From Promethearchaeota archaeon (GTDB lineage Archaea > Asgardarchaeota > Heimdallarchaeia > Hodarchaeales > Hodarchaeaceae): 19,001 nucleotides of DNA. Both the position numbers and the translations under genes were made by a program. Positions 1-7,247 of this stretch are shown piece after piece. Location of the stretch: the NCBI GenBank assembly GCA_048939725.1, contig JBHLPG010000056.1, positions 1 through 19,001 on the forward strand. Reading direction: 5' to 3'. Positions within the stretch are counted from its first letter, which is position 1, and every line of letters begins with the position of its first letter. The notes below the pieces were generated by a model. That model searched no databases. It worked only from the letters and a program-made list of their open reading frames with translations, and was not told where the DNA came from.

Positions 1-318
1 GTTCTGGGATTAAGCTCGTCATATAGCGTTACGATCTAGCTGAGCCGCTATCCTCAGCCGCCTACTGTTCCATGTAGATTCTTGTGTGTACCTTTATAAA
101 CATCGCCCCATGTAAATAGCTGGGTTTCTCTGCAAGTTATCTACAACTAATGTTGAACTATTTTCGCTTCTCTTAGGTTAATATAAGGTGAGTTTTGTAT
201 CCAATTATGTAAAAACATGGGAAAGATTAAATAAATTCAAAGGAGAGATAATAATAAGGCTCTCCCACCTAATCATATAAGGAATCTTACAATTGTAACT
301 AGACCTGGTTGATTATAA

Positions 319-810
319 TTGGCCCTTTCAAACAATTCCTCAAGAAAATCTGAAACTGGACTTCGACAGGTATTAACTGACATCGTAAACTCACTTGATG
401 GTATTTATTCAGGTTTTTGTGTCGATGTAGATGGGCTCTTAATTGAGGAGGTAAATCTTGAAGCTACATTGGGAAAGGAAAGTAGCTTGATCCTTTGCTC
501 ATTAGTAGCTGGAATTCAATCAAATATGGATAATATTGGTCATGAGATTGGGAGTTCCCCTTGGGTCTCTTTTACAGCTGAAAGTAGTAATTACAAATTC
601 TTTTTACGATCAATTGGTTCCCTTGCCTTTTTAGGTGTATTAACGGATCCTTATGTAGATCTCGAGCTCCTTAAATTGATAATTGGACCAGCTGTTGATT
701 CAATTCTCCAAATTATACAACAATGGTCTCCGTTAAAACGGCCTCAATCACAATCCCCTTTATCTATTACTCAAAAAGATTTGGATGAAATCCTAAAAAT
801 GAAGAAGTGA
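319..810 (+). CDS. Roadblock/LC7 (MglB-like) domain protein
   Basis: The translation follows the Roadblock pattern. Helix LRQVLTDIVNSLDGI, strands SGFCVDVDG and LLIEEV, helix SSLILCSLVAGIQSNMDNIG, strands YKFFLRSIG and LAFLGVLTD, helix LELLKLIIGPAVDSILQI. TTG 319 directly follows an in-frame TAA at 316-318. It is the only start that keeps the domain intact. Confidence 0.7.
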   Translation: MALSNNSSRKSETGLRQVLTDIVNSLDGIYSGFCVDVDGLLIEEVNLEATLGKESSLILCSLVAGIQSNMDNIGHEIGSSPWVSFTAESSNYKFFLRSIGSLAFLGVLTDPYVDLELLKLIIGPAVDSILQIIQQWSPLKRPQSQSPLSITQKDLDEILKMKK

Positions 811-816
811 ATAGCT

Positions 817-1128
817 TTGACCAAACCTCCTGTGCGCGATTCAAGGATTCCCTGTCCTAATTGCAAAAAAGGAACCCTTTTTTGGAATCCTGAAGAGAAA
901 TTATACGTTTGCACAGATTGTGGGGTTCAAGAGGCGGCTTTAAAAACATGGATTAGCGCTGCCGAGTATCGTCAGGAGAAAAAACATCGAAAACGTGAAA
1001 AAGAACGTCAATGGGCATTAGAAATATTAGGAGTGGAAGATCAGCTTACTCCTTCCAAGAAATCAAAAAAAGAACAAGAGTGGGCTGAACTAATTGATTT
1101 GATTAAAGAAAAAGAGTCTGAACCTTAA
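817..1128 (+). CDS. Zinc-ribbon protein with a charged helical C-terminal tail
   Basis: Two Cys pairs, CPNC...(15 aa)...CTDC, form a classic 4-Cys zinc ribbon. A Lys/Arg/Glu-rich tail follows (EKKHRKREKERQ, KKSKKEQEW). TTG start lies 6 nt after a GAAGTGA Shine-Dalgarno-like motif at 804-810. Only 6 nt separate it from the Roadblock gene. Confidence 0.6.
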   Translation: MTKPPVRDSRIPCPNCKKGTLFWNPEEKLYVCTDCGVQEAALKTWISAAEYRQEKKHRKREKERQWALEILGVEDQLTPSKKSKKEQEWAELIDLIKEKESEP

Positions 1129-1235
1129 AATAGTAGATTTCCCGCTAAAAAGTTACTCTGAAATATTTACCTCTGAATATGGGAGTAACGAAATTTCTCC
1201 CTTGTTTAATTAACCTAAATTTTCAAACTAATCCA

Positions 1236-1246
1236 GAGATCAATCT
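1236..1246 (+). terminator. T-rich tract (TTTTGTTTTTT), possible terminator of the Roadblock/Zn-ribbon unit
   Basis: The T4-G-T6 run lies about 110 nt downstream of the stop at 1128, within a 245-nt AT-rich spacer. Weak evidence. Confidence 0.25.
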
Positions 1247-1370
1247 TTTGTTTTTTCATGAATTTTATGTTAAATTGAAAACACTTAATTGAAGGTTAAA
1301 TAACCTCTGACTTGATAAACAACTCCACTCGAATACGGAAAACACTTTTCCATTCAGTCCTTGCAAGCAA

Positions 1371-1377
1371 AAGGTGA
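1371..1377 (+). promoter_or_regulatory. Shine-Dalgarno-like AAGGTGA upstream of ATG 1389
   Basis: AAGGTGA lies 11 nt before in-frame ATG 1389. The ORF-track GTG 1374 sits inside the motif, so ATG 1389 (MGTSERRG...) is the more plausible start. Confidence 0.4.
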
Positions 1378-2687
1378 TCCTGAAAATCATGGGTACTTCC
1401 GAAAGGCGAGGAGACATTCCTATTTACTTTTTCTTAGCCCACATTGTTTTTGATGAAGAACATGGTCCTGTATTAAATTCTTATCTAACTTATGGATTGG
1501 AAATCCCAAGAATAATTCTTCAAGGCGTTACTACTACCCTATTTACCATGGCCATTGGAGTAGGTGAACCAACAGGAGAATCTGAAACAGCTATCATTCC
1601 AATTAATGTGACGGACATCCAAGGTCGTGTATTAATTCATTCTTTTGTTATCGATGATCCCGAAGCGAGAGGAAGGAATCGAATTGAAAGTTTCATGTTG
1701 TTTATTCCGAGGTCTCATCAAGATAAATTACTTCAACACTCTCTAGCTTTTTCAAATATATTACAGGAAGCGATCCGCGAAATTAAAATCAAGAATAACC
1801 GTAAAAAAGAAAGTTATTCTTTAAACAAGGTTTTTGAGAATATTAAAACAGTTCTATTAACTAAGATCGATAATTCTATTCAAGACCAAATAAGTGATAT
1901 TTGTACCGATAAAGAAACCGTATTAGTTTCAGATGGAACTATCAGAGCTGTTCATAACATAATCTTGTCCCCAGATATAATCTCATTAGTGAACAAAATT
2001 CCTTCACTAATACAAAATTATGAGGATGAGCTTAAAACATATGGAACTTATTTTGATGCACTTCCTATCGAAATTCATGGAAAAACTTATAGTAATCACC
2101 AATTCTACTTAATAAACATCAGAAATAACTTCATAATAGCCTTTAGCTCAGGCAAAGGACGTCTGGGAAGTTTATTTAGGAATTTTCGTGAAATTCTATG
2201 GAGTTTAAGCATCCAAGGAGATCTCACTAACCAGTCCTCGATTTCACGTTATTTAATTTCAATAAGTGATGAAAGTAATCTTTTTCTTAAGAACAATTTC
2301 TTAGATAGGAGTTTTCAATTATTAAAAAGCTTTAAACCAATAATTACAGAAGTGTCCATTTCACGTTGCAATATGAATATGGTTGAGACACTCCGTACAA
2401 GCTCTGACCGTGTTGTAAAAAAACATGCTTTTATTTGCCAAATTTTTGAAGCTATTAACAATATTTGTTTACGATTATTCCGAACAGATCTGGTTCAACT
2501 GGTTTTGTCTCAACACGGTTCAAATGCTATTGCATTAAAGTGGGCAACCAATACTGAGAAGGATACTTCCTTACTCATGGTTGGGGATTCTTCCAAGGGA
2601 GTTGGACTGCTAAAGCTTGTTGGTGAACAAGTTCTGGAATACAGGGGTAAAGCTGAATCTTTTTCTAATATTAAACTAGATTTATGA
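1374..2687 (+). CDS. Hypothetical protein with three predicted alpha/beta domains (longin-like N-terminus, Roadblock/LC7-like middle and C-terminal parts), possible small-GTPase regulator
   Basis: The long ORF has good coding character, and the start is probably ATG 1389. The N-terminus reads as strand-strand-helix-strand-strand-strand-helix (IYFFLAHIVFDEE, GPVLNSYL, IPRIILQGVTTTLFTMAIG, TAIIPINV, RVLIHSFVID, IESFMLFIP, LLQHSLAFSNILQEAIREI), which is longin/uDENN-like. The middle part has Roadblock-like TVLVSDGTIRAV ... FYLINIRNNFIIAFSSGKGRLGSLFRNFREILWSL. The C-terminus has NAIALKW...SLLMVGDSSKGVGLLKLVGEQV. The function is inferred and unverified. Confidence 0.45.
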   Translation: MILKIMGTSERRGDIPIYFFLAHIVFDEEHGPVLNSYLTYGLEIPRIILQGVTTTLFTMAIGVGEPTGESETAIIPINVTDIQGRVLIHSFVIDDPEARGRNRIESFMLFIPRSHQDKLLQHSLAFSNILQEAIREIKIKNNRKKESYSLNKVFENIKTVLLTKIDNSIQDQISDICTDKETVLVSDGTIRAVHNIILSPDIISLVNKIPSLIQNYEDELKTYGTYFDALPIEIHGKTYSNHQFYLINIRNNFIIAFSSGKGRLGSLFRNFREILWSLSIQGDLTNQSSISRYLISISDESNLFLKNNFLDRSFQLLKSFKPIITEVSISRCNMNMVETLRTSSDRVVKKHAFICQIFEAINNICLRLFRTDLVQLVLSQHGSNAIALKWATNTEKDTSLLMVGDSSKGVGLLKLVGEQVLEYRGKAESFSNIKLDL

Positions 2688-2688
2688 C

Positions 2689-2695
2689 AAGGAGA
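2689..2695 (+). promoter_or_regulatory. Shine-Dalgarno AAGGAGA for the EndoQ gene
   Basis: AAGGAGA lies 7 nt upstream of TTG 2703 and only 2 nt after the stop of the preceding gene. This implies co-transcription. Confidence 0.5.
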
Positions 2696-2702
2696 ACGAG
2701 TA

Positions 2703-4088
2703 TTGGAAGTAGCAGTAGATCTACATGCTCATTCAGTTTTTGCCGGTGGAACCCAAGCCCTCTCAATAACACCCAAAACAGAAGCTGATAATCAGAAAAA
2801 GGCTATTTCTCATTTATCAAAAACGAATCAAACAATGCCATTAAAGGGTATTGATGTCATTGGTACAGGAGATTGTCAATTCACCTTATGGACTAATATA
2901 CTTAAAGAAATTCTCATTGAAGATATGGAAGGTGTCTTTCTGCTTCAAGATCAGAGAAAGACTCGCTTCATTCTACAAACAGAGATGATATTTACAGCAA
3001 AAATAGGTAAATACTCAAAAGAGACACATATTATCTTTCTTTTCCCTAATTTTTCTTCTGTGGATGAATTTCGTACATTACTAGATAGATGGGGGGTTAA
3101 ACATAAAAAAATGGCAAGACCATTTATTACCTGTAAATCCTCTAGTCAGGTTGCTCAGCGTCTTCATTCTATTTTAGATTTGGATCCTTGGATTGAAGCC
3201 ATTCCCTCCCATATAATGACACCACAAGGTGTTTTTGGAACTGGAAAAGGAAATATTCGAATTAACCACTTAGAAGATTTTTTTGGTTCTGCTACCTCAA
3301 GATTGCAAGTCTTTGAGACTGGATTATCCGCTGATCCAGAATTTTTATCTTTGATCCCAGAATTAGACGATAAAGTGCTAATTTCAAATTCTGATGCACA
3401 CTCAAGTGCTTTACATAGGATGGGACGCGAATTTACGGTGGTATCTACCTTAAAAACTGATTATAAGAATATTATCAAGGCTTTGCGTAATAATAATGTC
3501 TTGTATACTGCTGAATTTCCTCCAGAAGAAGGACGGTTTTTTCTAACAGGTCACCGAGCTGGAAGGAAACGACCAGGTTTTCATGGTGACAGTGATTACT
3601 GTTTCTTTTCTCCTCAAAATGTACCTTCTCATGATGTTTGCCCAATATGTAATAAACCTCTAACTATAGGTGTATTCCAGAGATGTGTTGAGATTAGTAA
3701 TGCTCAAGGTGGAAAAAGAGAGCTTGGAGGAACTACTTCCTTCAAAAAATTCATTCGTATGGTACCGTTGATAGATATATTGGGTCATGTGCTAGAAATA
3801 AAAACTAAGACTGCAAAATCATTAATCACGAAATATCGACAGATTATAGACATTATTGGCCCCGAACGCGTGTTATGGCAAATGGCCTCTGAAGAAGTCG
3901 AAAGTAAACTGAATGATCATATAGAAAACCACATTCTGAAAGCAATTCTCAAAGTAAAAGCTGGGGATTTTACATTTGAACCATATGGGTATGATGGAGT
4001 TTATGGTACTCTAGTAATTGGCCAGAGAGGAAATTATAAAAATGTAAATGTGATTCATTCTTCAAAACCAATTCAACAAACACTTTAA
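2703..4088 (+). CDS. endoQ: Endonuclease Q (PHP-domain nuclease acting at deaminated bases, with a Zn finger)
   Basis: The motif series matches my recollection of Thermococcales EndoQ. DLHAHS (PHP His pair), IGTGD, HIMTP, ETGLSADPEF, SNSDAHSSALHRMGREF, then the C/H-rich FFLTGHRAG...C...CPICNKPLTIGV zinc finger. Length is 461 aa. Confidence 0.8.
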   Translation: MEVAVDLHAHSVFAGGTQALSITPKTEADNQKKAISHLSKTNQTMPLKGIDVIGTGDCQFTLWTNILKEILIEDMEGVFLLQDQRKTRFILQTEMIFTAKIGKYSKETHIIFLFPNFSSVDEFRTLLDRWGVKHKKMARPFITCKSSSQVAQRLHSILDLDPWIEAIPSHIMTPQGVFGTGKGNIRINHLEDFFGSATSRLQVFETGLSADPEFLSLIPELDDKVLISNSDAHSSALHRMGREFTVVSTLKTDYKNIIKALRNNNVLYTAEFPPEEGRFFLTGHRAGRKRPGFHGDSDYCFFSPQNVPSHDVCPICNKPLTIGVFQRCVEISNAQGGKRELGGTTSFKKFIRMVPLIDILGHVLEIKTKTAKSLITKYRQIIDIIGPERVLWQMASEEVESKLNDHIENHILKAILKVKAGDFTFEPYGYDGVYGTLVIGQRGNYKNVNVIHSSKPIQQTL

Positions 4089-4130
4089 TCTGTTCTTTTT
4101 GGTTTATACTTCGATTATTCGTTTTAAGAA

Positions 4131-5408
4131 GTGAATATGACCATGGTAAAGGTACCTGCAAATCAAGAGCTGTGTCTCAGATGTAAAGCTGGTAAATTCC
4201 TCTGTGGTCTTCACTATTGTCCCATTATACTTAAGACAAAGGCCTTGTTACCTGTTAGAAAAATCTTACCAAGATTGAGAATAAAGAAAGAATATTACGG
4301 GCCTAGCCCTCCTAGTTTGTTTGTTGGAAGGTTTGGTTATCCAAAGGTTCGATTGGGACCAATGGCAGCATTGAATTGGGAGGATATTCATTTAATGGAT
4401 GAACCTGACCTATGGCGGACAAATATGTCATTAGAAGACGTTGTAAACCTTCGGGCTCAAATGTTTCGATTTATGGCTGAACCAGTAAATGTAACGGATG
4501 TAACATCACCAACTAAGATTCTTGAAATCACACAGGAACAAATTCAATCTTCTACTCCAGTTGATCTGGAAGTAAAGTTTTCTAAAAAGCCTCAATTAAA
4601 CCTAAATTTTGATCGTTATACTCAACCAATGGGTGCACGTATTAGAATAGACTCTATCCAATTGACGACAGTGCCTAAGATTGATCAACAGGTAGATCGT
4701 GTTGTGAGTGATTCTGATATGAATGCTACTTCTGCAGTTACGAAGCTATATACAACTGAGGCTACAGTAACTCAAATTTCAAGAATACTGTCTGCTGGTT
4801 TGTTAGGCCGAACAAAAAATCGAAGATTTGTTCCAACACGATGGAGTATCACGGCTGTTGACGATATGACTGGAAATTACCTTAGAAAGCAGATTCAAGA
4901 TTTTACTGAAATTCAGGATTATCAGGTTTATCACAACTCCTATTTAGATAATGATTTCTGGGTTCTATTTATTCCGAGACGCGTGTGGCACTTCGATTAT
5001 CATGAAACTTGGAAACAAAAAAGTGCATGGAACCTAACAGGATCTGCCCCATTTATCGCAACAGATACAGAAGGCCCTAATGGGCGAACATCATATGCGA
5101 CAAATACTGTTGGAGGGTATTATGCAGCACGATTAGCAGTATTGGAGAAATTATTTCAACTACGAAGAAAAGCCGCGGTTATTGCTTTTAGAGAAGTTGG
5201 GAAAGGATACGCTATTCCATTAGGTGTATGGCAAGTCCGAGAAAACATGCGAAAGGCACTTAGAAAACCAAGTAAAAGATTTTCTAGCTTAGAAGCAGCA
5301 TTAAGATTCATTCATTCCCATCTTACAATACCCATGAAGTATTATCATCAAAAAAGCCCATTACTCAAGCAGAAAACATTGGATGCCTACTTTAAAAACC
5401 AAACATAA
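4131..5408 (+). CDS. nreA: Archaeal Nre-family DNA repair protein (NreA-like, DUF650/DUF651) with a C-terminal PIP box
   Basis: N-terminal Cys cluster CLRCKAGKFLCGLHYCP, then YGPSPPSLFVGRFGYP, FVPTRWSITAVDD and GGYYAARLAVLE. C-terminal QKTLDAYF fits the PIP consensus QxxLxx[FY][FY]. The real start is probably ATG 4137 or 4143, because GAAGTGA at 4128-4134 overlaps GTG 4131. Confidence 0.8.
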   Translation: MNMTMVKVPANQELCLRCKAGKFLCGLHYCPIILKTKALLPVRKILPRLRIKKEYYGPSPPSLFVGRFGYPKVRLGPMAALNWEDIHLMDEPDLWRTNMSLEDVVNLRAQMFRFMAEPVNVTDVTSPTKILEITQEQIQSSTPVDLEVKFSKKPQLNLNFDRYTQPMGARIRIDSIQLTTVPKIDQQVDRVVSDSDMNATSAVTKLYTTEATVTQISRILSAGLLGRTKNRRFVPTRWSITAVDDMTGNYLRKQIQDFTEIQDYQVYHNSYLDNDFWVLFIPRRVWHFDYHETWKQKSAWNLTGSAPFIATDTEGPNGRTSYATNTVGGYYAARLAVLEKLFQLRRKAAVIAFREVGKGYAIPLGVWQVRENMRKALRKPSKRFSSLEAALRFIHSHLTIPMKYYHQKSPLLKQKTLDAYFKNQT

Positions 5409-5548
5409 GAGCTTATCCTTCCTCGTCTCATACTAGAATAAATAAATAATCAGATTTCCCTCCTTCTATTGACCACATTTCATTGAAAGATTCCCTTGCC
5501 ATAGTAATAGAAGTCTTTAAATCGAAATACTGATCTAGTCCATAACTG

Positions 5549-5917
5549 GTGATTATTCTCGTGGGTTATTACGAATCTCTAACTGCAGCCATTACCCGTT
5601 ATTACGTCTTTAGCGGTCTTTTTCGTGAGGGCGATGAACAGATGACTTTTGAAGTAGCTGACGCAAATTTGATTGAAGTAGGCCAGACTGTGGAAAAAGA
5701 ATTCGCAGGAAGCGCCCGAGCTTTCTTTATTGAACTAGATAGCTTTGATGACGAAACATATCAATGTGAAATCATCATTGGATTCACATTATGGCCCTAT
5801 GAAGACGATGAAAATGAAGAAAAGCTTATTCTAGATAGTTTACGTGAAGAGCTCGAAAAAATAGGTTTTGTAGAGGATGATGCATATTATCTGGGGGATG
5901 GGCCTGATAGGCGCTAA
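5549..5917 (+). CDS. Small, strongly acidic hypothetical protein
   Basis: The ORF has no recognisable family. From internal ATG 5642 (preceded by GTGAGG) the 92-aa product has 26 Asp/Glu against 7 Lys/Arg. The start is uncertain among GTG 5549, GTG 5561 and ATG 5642. Confidence 0.45.
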   Translation: MIILVGYYESLTAAITRYYVFSGLFREGDEQMTFEVADANLIEVGQTVEKEFAGSARAFFIELDSFDDETYQCEIIIGFTLWPYEDDENEEKLILDSLREELEKIGFVEDDAYYLGDGPDRR

Positions 5918-5950
5918 AATGTCTTTAGATTATTTTCTAGAGTGAGCACC

Positions 5951-6904
5951 TTACATTTCTATATGATGATAATATTTGATCCTCTTCCCATAAATCTGTT
6001 GAAACGTCATATGAACAGTTTGGGGTGGGATTAAACCCGCTTCAGTAATGTAGGCCGAGATATTATAACGATCTATTGTTTCAAAAGCAGGGTTCAGGAT
6101 TTTTATTCCTGCGGGAACATCCTCATCCCAAATTTCAAAAGGAGCACGCATTTCGATTTCACTAAGACGGCCAATACTTGTAGCTTGATCATATTTTAAG
6201 AGTGATGTGCATATATACAACGGAATGTGTTCTTCTTCAGCTGCTAAAGCACATAAACGGGAACCAATCTTATTTAAGGCAACACCTTCAACAGTTATCG
6301 CATCTGCTCCCATAAAAACCATATGAGGATTAAAAATATTCATTGCCCACCGCATTGCAGAATCTACAATGTGTGTAACACGAATATTATGATTTATCAG
6401 CCTTTTAGCTGTCTTTCTGCCTTGGTACAGGGGTCTTGTTTCAGTAGAAATAACTTCGAAATCTTTCCCTTGTTTTGCAGCCTCTAGAAATATTCCTACA
6501 GTGATGGAGGAATGACAGTGAGTGAAAACTCTTGAGCCATCTTGAATTCTCTCAGCACCAGTTTTAAAAATTTTCAATTTAGCATCATTTATGAGGTCAA
6601 TATACTTCTTACCATGTTCTACAGCAGACTCTTTTCCATCAAATTGAATCCCAGTCATCACATAACGTAAACCGTTCCTTAATGCTGGTTCAGTTACTCT
6701 TACCTTACTGAGCTGATCAACAACAACCTCTAAATGATCAAATAATTCTTTTTCTTTTAATGGAACAGTCTTTGCATGATTTGCGAAAGCACGAACCCCG
6801 AAAATAGCTACATTTGTGGCACCTTGAATAGTCAGATTTCTAATTTCCTTCATTGTAATTTTTAGCGCACGATACTCTGGGGTTTCTACAAAATTGTTTT
6901 TCAC
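5951..6904 (-). CDS. eIF-2B alpha/beta/delta-family protein, most likely ribose-1,5-bisphosphate isomerase
   Basis: 317 aa with THCHS (candidate catalytic Cys), GKDFEVISTETRPLYQGRKTAKRL, IVDSAMR, MGADAITVEGVALNKIGS (candidate catalytic Asp), EIEMR and NPAFE. This closely parallels my recollection of Thermococcus R15P isomerase. GTG start is preceded by AGGAGAGGA. Confidence 0.7.
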   Translation of the reverse strand: MKNNFVETPEYRALKITMKEIRNLTIQGATNVAIFGVRAFANHAKTVPLKEKELFDHLEVVVDQLSKVRVTEPALRNGLRYVMTGIQFDGKESAVEHGKKYIDLINDAKLKIFKTGAERIQDGSRVFTHCHSSITVGIFLEAAKQGKDFEVISTETRPLYQGRKTAKRLINHNIRVTHIVDSAMRWAMNIFNPHMVFMGADAITVEGVALNKIGSRLCALAAEEEHIPLYICTSLLKYDQATSIGRLSEIEMRAPFEIWDEDVPAGIKILNPAFETIDRYNISAYITEAGLIPPQTVHMTFQQIYGKRIKYYHHIEM

Positions 6905-6910
6905 AATTAA

Positions 6911-6919
6911 TCCTCTCCT
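6911..6919 (-). promoter_or_regulatory. Shine-Dalgarno AGGAGAGGA for the eIF2B-family gene
   Basis: Plus-strand TCCTCTCCT is AGGAGAGGA on the minus strand, 6 nt upstream of GTG (6904-6902). Confidence 0.5.
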
Positions 6920-7235
6920 AGGAAATTAACCAGCGGATTAAGATACTTTTTTACCTTTACTTAATATGTCTATTACAATCAAAAAACGTAGACTTGATTC
7001 TTCCACTCCAGCCTAGGGTGCTGGTTCCATTAAATTCGATGTTTCAAAGCTAACTAATAAAAATTTAAAAGCAAAAGGAACATACAGTTTAAGAATCACG
7101 ATAATCAGCCTAATCGTACTTTTTTGAATGTAATTAACTTCTCACAATTATTTTTTATTATCCCAAGAGCTTTATTTGTAAAAATTTATGAGTGAAGGCT
7201 AAAAAGTTTTACATAAATAACTGATTTATTTTCCT

Positions 7236-7240
7236 TAGGA
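7236..7240 (+). promoter_or_regulatory. Shine-Dalgarno AGGAG upstream of the Arf-like GTPase gene
   Basis: AGGAG lies 3 nt before out-of-frame ATG 7244, 7 nt before in-frame CTG 7248 and 10 nt before in-frame ATC 7251. Confidence 0.45.
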
Positions 7241-7247
7241 GCAATGA

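Noticed and set aside
1-100. The first ~60 nt are GC-enriched (about 50% against the mid-30s elsewhere) and contain a hairpin, GCTGAG-CCGCTATC-CTCAGC, at 39-58. This could be the end of a structured RNA or a terminator.
   Set aside because: The segment is cut by the window edge and matches no tRNA, rRNA, SRP or RNase P motif I recognise. No T-run follows it. It may simply be the 3-prime end of an upstream coding gene (TAG at 37-39).
808-819. The Roadblock and zinc-ribbon ORFs are in the same reading frame, separated only by TGA-ATA-GCT. This raised the idea of stop-codon read-through or selenocysteine producing a fusion protein.
   Set aside because: Sharing a frame has a 1-in-3 chance. The second ORF has its own TTG start with a well-spaced GAAGTGA Shine-Dalgarno-like motif (804-810). 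I see no SECIS-like structure. Separate translation is the simpler reading.
1179-1292. Small 37-codon ORF (MGVTKFLPCLINLNF...) in the 245-nt spacer.
   Set aside because: It has no Shine-Dalgarno motif and no recognisable motif, and its composition is typical of AT-rich intergenic sequence.
1277-1346. A 10-nt direct repeat, GAAAACACTT, occurs at 1277-1286 and 1337-1346 in the spacer upstream of the 437-aa gene.
   Set aside because: It is a single short repeat in AT-rich DNA and could plausibly arise by chance. There is no further copy or symmetry to support a binding-site array.
4074-4112. EndoQ ends at QQTL followed by TAA. I wondered whether read-through would complete a PIP box.
   Set aside because: The read-through sequence (SVLFGLYF...) does not place aromatic residues at PIP positions 7 and 8. 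There is no evidence for recoding.
3970-4161. 63-aa minus-strand ORF.
   Set aside because: It is antisense to the EndoQ 3-prime end and the NreA start, has low-complexity composition, and has no start context. It is a shadow ORF.
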